This document shows, piece by piece, positions 25,609 to 32,000 of a stretch of 32,000 nt of DNA. A program made the translations under genes and the position numbers. The notes below the pieces were generated by a model that searched no databases, was not told where the DNA came from, and saw nothing but the letters and a program-made list of their open reading frames with translations. The first letter of the stretch is position 1, and each line of letters starts with the position of its first letter. Source of the stretch: Vulcanisaeta distributa DSM 14429 (GTDB lineage: Archaea; Thermoproteota; Thermoprotei; Thermoproteales; Thermocladiaceae); NCBI RefSeq assembly GCF_000148385.1, contig NC_014537.1, positions 1,800,001-1,832,000 on the forward strand, given 5' to 3'.

Positions 25609-26840
25609 TGGCAGTCGCAAAGGCATTGAGCGTTAGGGAGGAAGTCGTTAAGGAAAGGCTTGGCTTAACATCAAACTACGCGGTGGCATACGCGGTTAAG
25701 GCCGTTGATGTTGACGTAATTGCGGCATACCCAATAACGCCACAGACTACAATAATAGAGAAGCTTGCCGAGTTCGTAGCCAACGGCGAGATAGATGCTG
25801 AGTATATACCCGTTGAGTCTGAGCATAGTGCCTTATCGGCCGTCGTGGGAGCGGCAGCGGCTGGTGCTAGGGTGTTTACTGCAACGTCAGCCCAAGGCCT
25901 TGAGTTCATGCATGAAGTACTCTACATAACATCCGGACTTAGGTTGCCGGTGGTCATGGCTGTTCCCGGTAGGGCATTGTCAGCGCCAATAAGCATTCAT
26001 GGTGATTACCAAGACATAATGAGTGCCAGGGATGCTGGCTGGATCATGCTCATTGCCTCCTCTGCTCAGGAGGTTTATGATTCGATTATTATGGCGTATA
26101 GGATTGCCGAGGATGGTAGGGTCCTGCTACCTGTCATGGTCGCGTACGACGGATTCCTAATGAGCCACACCACAGAACCCGTGGAGATCTATCATGAGGA
26201 GTATGTCAGGAAATTCACGCCAAGGAATCTAAACAGGTATAGGCTTGACCCAAGAAGTCCAATAACCATTGGCGTCATTACAAGCCCTGATTGGTACTAC
26301 GAGATCAAGTACCAAGCAATTAAGGCGCTTAAGGATTCAAAGGGCATCATTAAGGAGGTTCATGAAGAATTCAATAAGTCCTTCGGCACTAATTACGACA
26401 TAATCGAGAAGTACATGCTTGATGATGCGGATTACGTATTAATAACCTATGGAGGGGCATCAAGCGGCAATGCCAAGGAGGCTGCTAAGAGGGCTAGGGA
26501 AAGGGGGTTAAGGGCTGGTGTTTTAAGGATAAGGTTATTTAGGCCATTCCCCACGGATGAAGTGGTAAATGCTATTAAGGATGCCAAGGCGATAGCCGTT
26601 ATTGATAGGGCATTATCGCCGGGCAATACGTATGAGGGCCCTGTATTTAATGATGTGGTCTCGGCATTGTATAGTAGGGGTGTTGATAAGCCAGTCATAT
26701 CCGTGGTTCATGGGATTTCCCAAAGGACAATGCTTGTTGATGATTTCTACAACCTTTATAAAATGCTTGATGAATATGCAAAGACTGGTGAGTATCCAAG
26801 GAAGACAATATTTATGGGCCTGAGGGGTGGTGAGGAATGA
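25608..26840 (+). CDS. porA: 2-oxoacid:ferredoxin oxidoreductase alpha subunit
   Basis: Motifs: AAYPITPQT, ESEHSA, and the full-length alpha pattern. Start ATG 25608 (TAATG overlap) is preferred to the track's 25563. Confidence 0.88.
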   Translation: MAVAKALSVREEVVKERLGLTSNYAVAYAVKAVDVDVIAAYPITPQTTIIEKLAEFVANGEIDAEYIPVESEHSALSAVVGAAAAGARVFTATSAQGLEFMHEVLYITSGLRLPVVMAVPGRALSAPISIHGDYQDIMSARDAGWIMLIASSAQEVYDSIIMAYRIAEDGRVLLPVMVAYDGFLMSHTTEPVEIYHEEYVRKFTPRNLNRYRLDPRSPITIGVITSPDWYYEIKYQAIKALKDSKGIIKEVHEEFNKSFGTNYDIIEKYMLDDADYVLITYGGASSGNAKEAAKRARERGLRAGVLRIRLFRPFPTDEVVNAIKDAKAIAVIDRALSPGNTYEGPVFNDVVSALYSRGVDKPVISVVHGISQRTMLVDDFYNLYKMLDEYAKTGEYPRKTIFMGLRGGEE

Positions 26841-27784
26841 AGGTGTACTTCAGGACGATAAAGGACTTACCCGTGGATGAGTATTTCGGACCTGGACAAC
26901 TAACCTGCGCTGGATGCGGGCCTTCAATAGCCGTTAGGTGGTTGCTTAAGGCTGCTGCGCCAGACGTTATTGTGGTTAATGCCACGGGCTGTATAGAGGT
27001 GACCACAACTTCATACCCATACACGGCGTGGAGTGTTCCCTACCTACATGTGGCTTTTGAGAACTCAGCCGCGGCGGCGTCAGGCGTGGAGGCGGCGCTT
27101 AAGGTGCTTAGGAGGAAGGGTATACTAGATACTAAGGCTAAGGTCATGGTTATTGCTGGTGATGGTGGTACTTTTGATATTGGTTTGCAGTCTCTTAGTG
27201 GTATGCTTGAGCGTGGTCATGGTGTGCTCTACGTGCTTTATGATAATGAGGCTTACATGAACACCGGGATACAAAGAAGCGGAGGAACACCGCACTTCGC
27301 CTGGACAACGACTTCACCAGTGGGTAGTAAGTTAAGGGGTAAGGTTCAGAGGAAGAAGGACATCATGAGCATTGTCATTGGGCATCACATACCATATGCC
27401 GCCACAGCCAACATAGCCTATCCAATAGACCTGGCAAATAAGGTAAAGACTGCCCTTGACTACCTCGATGAGGGTCCTGCCTTCATACACGTACTAGCAC
27501 CATGCCCACCAGGCTGGCGTTACCCGGAGGATATGACCGTGGAGATTGCGAGGCTCGCCACAGAGACAGGCTACTTCCCACTATACGAGTGGGACCACGG
27601 CAGGATAAGGTTCAACCCACCAAGCAATGCCCACTTTGACAAGTCAAAGAGAAAGCCAATAATTGAGTACTTGAAGAGACAGGGTAGGTTTGCACACCTA
27701 ACTGAGGAGGATATTAAGGAGATTGAGAAGGAGATTGATGAGTACTGGGACTACCTAGCAAGGCTCGCTAAGGCCTTTGGTTAA
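26837..27784 (+). CDS. porB: 2-oxoacid:ferredoxin oxidoreductase beta subunit (TPP-binding)
   Basis: Motifs: CAGCG, ATGC, and GDGGTFDIGLQSL…YDNEAYMNTG (TPP motif). 315 aa. Confidence 0.88.
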   Translation: MKVYFRTIKDLPVDEYFGPGQLTCAGCGPSIAVRWLLKAAAPDVIVVNATGCIEVTTTSYPYTAWSVPYLHVAFENSAAAASGVEAALKVLRRKGILDTKAKVMVIAGDGGTFDIGLQSLSGMLERGHGVLYVLYDNEAYMNTGIQRSGGTPHFAWTTTSPVGSKLRGKVQRKKDIMSIVIGHHIPYAATANIAYPIDLANKVKTALDYLDEGPAFIHVLAPCPPGWRYPEDMTVEIARLATETGYFPLYEWDHGRIRFNPPSNAHFDKSKRKPIIEYLKRQGRFAHLTEEDIKEIEKEIDEYWDYLARLAKAFG

Positions 27785-27787
27785 AAC

Positions 27788-28234
27788 ATGAACTGCTTCT
27801 TAATGTCCTTAAAACCTCAATTCGCCGCAGAGATCCTAACAGGCCAAAAGAAATGCGAGGTAAGGACCTTCATTGGGCCAATAAATAAGGGCGACATGAT
27901 CCTCGTCTACTACTCAAGCCCAGTTAAGGCGGTTAAGGGATATTTCATAGCCGGTGATTCAACCATAGTAAGGCCAGGTGAGTTAATGAATGTGATAGGT
28001 AATAAGTGTGGAGATATTCCCAGGGATAACCTGGAGTACGTAATGACTAAGTACCTAGGGTCAAGGAGGAGGATACTCATACTTGAAGTGACAAGCCCAA
28101 CAATACTGCCAAACGCGGTGACAATAGAAGAATTAAGGAAACTGAACATAAAACCACCTAGAAGTTACATGAAGATAAGCAATAGAACCTGCCAGGAAAT
28201 AATAGCAAAAGCTTTAAATCGAAAAGCACAGTAA
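27788..28234 (+). CDS. ASCH/PUA-like domain protein
   Basis: MSLKPQFAAEILTGQKKCEVRT…GDMILVYYSSPVKAVKGYF…PPRSYM matches the ASCH pattern (hlK.ey...Il.G.K..E.R, GD.i.vY). 148 aa. Confidence 0.55.
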   Translation: MNCFLMSLKPQFAAEILTGQKKCEVRTFIGPINKGDMILVYYSSPVKAVKGYFIAGDSTIVRPGELMNVIGNKCGDIPRDNLEYVMTKYLGSRRRILILEVTSPTILPNAVTIEELRKLNIKPPRSYMKISNRTCQEIIAKALNRKAQ

Positions 28235-28242
28235 AAGAAAAC

Positions 28243-28344
28243 GCCGGGGTGGCCGAGCACGGTTAAGGCGCGGGACTCGAGAGCAAGGCCAAGGCATCCC
28301 GTCCCCGCAAGGGGGCCCGGGTTCAAATCCCGGCCCCGGCACCA
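28243..28344 (+). tRNA. tRNA-Ser (anticodon CGA), class II, with a 14-nt canonical-position intron and encoded CCA
   Basis: Hand fold: acceptor GCCGGGG/CCCCGGC; D arm GCC-GAGCACGGUUAA-GGC; anticodon stem CGGGA(28271-75)/UCCCG(28297-301); anticodon CGA at 28278-80; intron 28282-28295 after position 37; long variable arm UCCCCGCAAGGGGGC; T arm CCGGG-UUCAAAU-CCCGG; discriminator A plus CCA. Confidence 0.9.
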
Positions 28345-28501
28345 ACACGGATTATCCTTCAAATGTGATTCCTCCATGGGAAGGTTTCTCGGTAATCAGG
28401 TGGATGATAGGAAATCTTTCATCTTAATTATTGGTAATTTCCTTAGTAATGATTTATTTCATTGTAATTGATTTTTATATCAGGTAGTTTGTTAGTTATG
28501 C

Positions 28502-28813
28502 GTGTCCTGCAGTGTTTACCTGGATAGGAGGGCATTTTCGAGGGGTGAGCCCATTTATATTACGCTTATTAATCTAGGCAATACGCCTGTCATGATTGGT
28601 TCCTGGCAAATAATTGATGCCAATGGTAGGGTGATTTACTCGATTGAGCCTCCACAGATTACCATTAGCCCGAGTTCCTCCTTCGTTGTCGTTTGGTTTC
28701 AGCTTGATAATGATGGTAAACCCATTGATAAGGGTAGGTATAGGGTTGTTTGGCAGCCTATGGTTGATGGTAGCACCCTTGAGTGTTTCAGTGAGTTCTT
28801 CGATGTTTTATGA
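28502..28813 (+). CDS. hypothetical small all-beta protein
   Basis: 103 aa with a GTG start. The alternating hydrophobic pattern suggests an Ig-like sandwich. No recognisable motif. Confidence 0.35.
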   Translation: MSCSVYLDRRAFSRGEPIYITLINLGNTPVMIGSWQIIDANGRVIYSIEPPQITISPSSSFVVVWFQLDNDGKPIDKGRYRVVWQPMVDGSTLECFSEFFDVL

Positions 28814-29377
28814 CCGACCCTTTATTCTCGTTAGTAGGTATCTGGATATGACTATGTAAGTTACGGCGAAGATCACAAGGGCTGTAAATGGGTCTATTAG
28901 TGGTACTGTCATCATCGTTATTACGTAATAAATAGTAAATGATGCTAATAGGGATATTATTAGGAATATGAGTATCCACTTGATTAGGCTGTTCAATGCA
29001 TTGTTAACCTCATCTTTATCATAACCCTTACTACTGAATTCCCTCATATACCTCACGTAATTGTTATAGAGTTGGGACAATATTAATGAGTACTCTATGA
29101 TGATTATTGACCCATCAAATATGGTCAAGCCCTGGGGTTGAACAAGCACCACGTGAAATATGTATGGTACATAGCCCTGTGACGTTACCGATATTATCAA
29201 CGCCATTGTTAGGGCTATCCAGGACTCAACAGATAGATTACCCATGAGAAGTCCGATAAGCCCTATTGAGAGAGTTATGGCGATTAATATCAAGCTGATT
29301 GATGGGTTATTAGGCATTAACATTATGAAGGGGATCACAGGAAGTACTAGTGATAATACGGCTAGGACCTGCCTCAT
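28808..29377 (-). CDS. polytopic membrane protein, last gene of the MoxR-DUF58 operon
   Basis: 189 aa with ~5 hydrophobic helices and a central soluble loop. It starts 1 nt after the DUF58 stop. Confidence 0.5.
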   Translation of the reverse strand: MRQVLAVLSLVLPVIPFIMLMPNNPSISLILIAITLSIGLIGLLMGNLSVESWIALTMALIISVTSQGYVPYIFHVVLVQPQGLTIFDGSIIIIEYSLILSQLYNNYVRYMREFSSKGYDKDEVNNALNSLIKWILIFLIISLLASFTIYYVITMMTVPLIDPFTALVIFAVTYIVISRYLLTRIKGRS

Positions 29378-29378
29378 T

Positions 29379-30671
29379 TCATAACCACCTGCCTAGGTAC
29401 GTTGATATCTTGGCGATTAACGAGCCAATGCCCTCACAAGCTGGGTCCCAAGTAATTACCTTGGCATTCCTCGGTAATGCCTTATATAACCTCACTCTAT
29501 TCCTAATGACCCACTGATTACAGGGCAACCCCTTTACTAAACTCCTCATTAGTATTGTGTCGGGCACTATATCAATTATGAGAGCCCTTGATGGTAATTT
29601 ATTAAGTAGGGTAATAACCCTCTCGGCACTTTCTACGTTCATATTCGTCACAATAATTAATGCTGGGTTAGTCTCCTGTATCAACCTATAAAGGGCTGGG
29701 TCCATGATATAGCCCTTAATGGGCAATGCTCTTACAACCATTAACTCTCGCAATAACCTGTAGTACTGCGTGGTTCCCGAGCTGGGTATGACCCTTGGGC
29801 CGGTTGGTATTGTCCAAAGACCAACATTATAACCATACCTGAGTAATACCCTACTTAGGGATAGTATGAGTGATACTCCATACTCAAGGGGGTTATCCTC
29901 GGCGGTTCCATACCTCATCCACCAACCAACGTCTAGCAATATTATTGTTGTCCTAAGCCCCTCCCTCTCATACTCATTAACCATTACTTTACCACCAGGA
30001 TCCCTCGCGGTTGCCTTCCAATTAATGAACTTGTATGGGTCACCAGGCACGTAATTCCTCACGGACCTAAATTCCGTGGAGTATGGGCCAAGCCTTGATG
30101 GTGAGTACCTAGGTAATCCCTGTCTCGGCTTGACCATTCCGAGAACCCTCCTAACAATCTTGATCCTGGGTATTACCTGGACATTACCTCCAAGCTTTAT
30201 GGAACCCTTAATTGGTTCGTGTATTCCCAGGGCATTATAATACACATAATCAATACTACCCAATGAGTAATTACCCCTCTTAACAGCCTTTAATACATAT
30301 GTGAATCTCCTGTCCACATCGCCGAATCCCTTGAAGATTACGTGAACATTATTGCCCTTAACCAACTCAAAGCCCTCGGCCATTAACGTGTCAGGATTTG
30401 GCGGCGCCCTAATTATTAAAAGGCCGAAGCCGCCGTGGATTTTAACGTTTAATTCTATGTTTAATTCCTCATCAACGTACATAACGCTTTTATCGGCGTT
30501 GAGGGTTATCGATATCGTGGGCTTTTCGTCTAAGCTTAAAGCTATCACCAACGTGATTAGGGGGAAGAGTATGGGGAGTATGTACAACTTAGATGTTGTT
30601 AGTACTGCGGCCACGGCTATAATCATTGGAAGTATTATGAGGAGCAGGAGTATTTTCGAGAATTCCCTCAT
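29379..30671 (-). CDS. DUF58 (vWA-like) domain protein with N-terminal TM helices
   Basis: Hallmark FRSVRNYVPGDPYKFINWKATARDPGGKVMVNEYEREG, followed by TTIILLDVG (a vWA-like strand). 430 aa. Confidence 0.8.
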   Translation of the reverse strand: MREFSKILLLLIILPMIIAVAAVLTTSKLYILPILFPLITLVIALSLDEKPTISITLNADKSVMYVDEELNIELNVKIHGGFGLLIIRAPPNPDTLMAEGFELVKGNNVHVIFKGFGDVDRRFTYVLKAVKRGNYSLGSIDYVYYNALGIHEPIKGSIKLGGNVQVIPRIKIVRRVLGMVKPRQGLPRYSPSRLGPYSTEFRSVRNYVPGDPYKFINWKATARDPGGKVMVNEYEREGLRTTIILLDVGWWMRYGTAEDNPLEYGVSLILSLSRVLLRYGYNVGLWTIPTGPRVIPSSGTTQYYRLLRELMVVRALPIKGYIMDPALYRLIQETNPALIIVTNMNVESAERVITLLNKLPSRALIIDIVPDTILMRSLVKGLPCNQWVIRNRVRLYKALPRNAKVITWDPACEGIGSLIAKISTYLGRWL

Positions 30672-30680
30672 TAGTAATCA

Positions 30681-31634
30681 CTACCTGGGTATTGGTATCT
30701 TCTCAACATACTCCCTAACAATATCCTCACCACTAACCCCCTCCAGGGCGACCTCAGGCTTAAGCACAATTCTATGCCCAAGGGTTTCAATAATAACCCT
30801 CTTTATATCGTCGGGTATTACGTAGTCCCTGCCATCGATAACCGCCATAGCCCTACCCATACTCATCAATGCCATCAATCCCCTGGGGCTTGGACCAGCA
30901 AGTACCCTGGGATCCCTCCTAATAACGTTGAAGCTCACTACATACTTCATAACATCGTCACTAACAACAACGTTACTCTCCACGAAATTCCTAATCATTA
31001 ATAATTCATCACCACTTAATACAGTCCTTACCTGGGGTGTTGGGTCGTTACTACGCCATGAGATCCTACGCTTAAGTAACTCAACCTCATCCTTCGGATA
31101 TCCTAGTCTTATTCTTATCATGAATCTGTCTAGTTGTGCCTCTGGTAGTGGGTATGTTCCCTCGAGCTCTATGGGATTCTGCGTGGCGACTACAATGAAT
31201 GGCTGAGGGAGCTTAATCGTCTCACCCTCAATTGTTATCTGACCCTCCTGCATAGCCTCAAGCAAAGCAGACTGAACCTTAGGAGGAGCCCTATTAACCT
31301 CATCAGCAAGTACGAAATTTGCGAATATGGGGCCGAGCACCAACTCGAAACTACCCTTGTCAGGTCTCCAAACCTTAGTACCAATAATATCACTGGGTAG
31401 TAAGTCAGGCGTGAATTGAATTCTACTGAACCTAAGCCCGAGGACCTTAGCGAGCATTTTCGATAGGAAGGTCTTACCAGTACCTGGCACATCCTCAATG
31501 AGTATGTGACCGCCAGCAATAATCGAGGCTAGTATTTTTAATAGGATCTCTTCGTCACCGACAAAGTACTTGGTTATCTCGTTAATCACGGCCCTGACCC
31601 TCTCCGTTACATAACCAATGTCAACCTTACTCAT
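30681..31634 (-). CDS. MoxR-family AAA+ ATPase
   Basis: Walker A GHILIEDVPGTGKT, then IQFTPDLLPSDIIG, Walker B FANFVLADEVNRAPPKVQSALLEAM, and VVATQNP. 317 aa. Confidence 0.88.
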   Translation of the reverse strand: MSKVDIGYVTERVRAVINEITKYFVGDEEILLKILASIIAGGHILIEDVPGTGKTFLSKMLAKVLGLRFSRIQFTPDLLPSDIIGTKVWRPDKGSFELVLGPIFANFVLADEVNRAPPKVQSALLEAMQEGQITIEGETIKLPQPFIVVATQNPIELEGTYPLPEAQLDRFMIRIRLGYPKDEVELLKRRISWRSNDPTPQVRTVLSGDELLMIRNFVESNVVVSDDVMKYVVSFNVIRRDPRVLAGPSPRGLMALMSMGRAMAVIDGRDYVIPDDIKRVIIETLGHRIVLKPEVALEGVSGEDIVREYVEKIPIPR

Positions 31635-31668
31635 TACTAGCCTAAGTTGGTATTAAGAGTAAGGTAAA

Positions 31669-32000
31669 TTAAGTATTTTTGTTGCTCAATAATTCATTGA
31701 GTAACTCATTGATGAGGTTAATCCTATCCCTAACCTCCATTTCAAGGATCCTCCTATTAACCCTCTTACAGGTTACTACACTTGAGTAGTTAATTAATTT
31801 ATCAAGCTTATCAATAATCATCTTATAATCTAAGCCATCATTTGTTAATTCATGGACCAGGTATGCGATCAATTTATCCTTCTTACCGTTAACCACGAAC
31901 TCCCTAACAGCCTCCTCGAAAAGTGAGTACTCAGGTGATGGTACAACCTTAATCTCACGCCTATGTTTCTCATACAATTCCTCCTCGATACTCTCCACAA
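31669..32000 (-). CDS. hypothetical helical protein; the 5' end may extend past the window
   Basis: 109 aa from GTG 31998. Charged and helical. It is co-directional with and immediately upstream of moxR. Confidence 0.35.
   Translation of the reverse strand, partial: VESIEEELYEKHRREIKVVPSPEYSLFEEAVREFVVNGKKDKLIAYLVHELTNDGLDYKMIIDKLDKLINYSSVVTCKRVNRRILEMEVRDRINLINELLNELLSNKNT

Noticed and set aside
28165-28377. 70-aa minus-strand ORF from the track.
   Set aside because: It is entirely antisense to the well-folded tRNA-Ser gene, so it is an artefact of the GC-rich tRNA sequence.

Overview
This window looks like a chromosomal segment from a hyperthermophilic crenarchaeon, probably Thermoproteales (Vulcanisaeta/Caldivirga-like); the taxon is my inference from gene content, not a search result. 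Supporting features are TATA boxes about 25-35 nt upstream of start codons (leaderless or short-leader mRNAs), an intron-containing tRNA, archaeal-type GlyRS, Taw3, and a four-subunit 2-oxoacid:ferredoxin oxidoreductase.

Most of the window is housekeeping:
- A compact minus-strand anaerobic cobalamin operon, cbiG-cbiE-cbiX/C-cbiH-cbiD-cbiT-cbiL (1-5846).
- An SDR, a methylisocitrate-lyase-like enzyme, and a fused 3-hydroxyacyl-CoA dehydrogenase/crotonase.
- WtpA/WtpB, taw3, and a NitT/TauT-type ABC transporter.
- rpl14, glyS and speB.
- porGDAB, and tRNA-Ser(CGA) with a 14-nt intron.
- A MoxR-DUF58-membrane operon.

The unusual part is an AT-rich accessory island at about 5850-9700, wedged between the cbi operon and a 3'-truncated MFS transporter gene. 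It contains four elements:
1. A ~150-nt GC-rich, hairpin-dense element, a candidate ncRNA.
2. A 48-aa AbrB/SpoVT-like mini-ORF that is not in the ORF track.
3. A TnpB-like RuvC protein translationally coupled to the mini-ORF. It keeps the D/E/D triad but has no zinc ribbon, and no TnpA is present in the window.
4. A convergent 450-aa free-standing double-motif LAGLIDADG protein with extra N- and C-terminal domains.

A second orphan GC-rich rod-like hairpin (24503-24588) lies upstream of the por operon. All family calls come from reading motifs by eye. No database, folding or composition computation was run.
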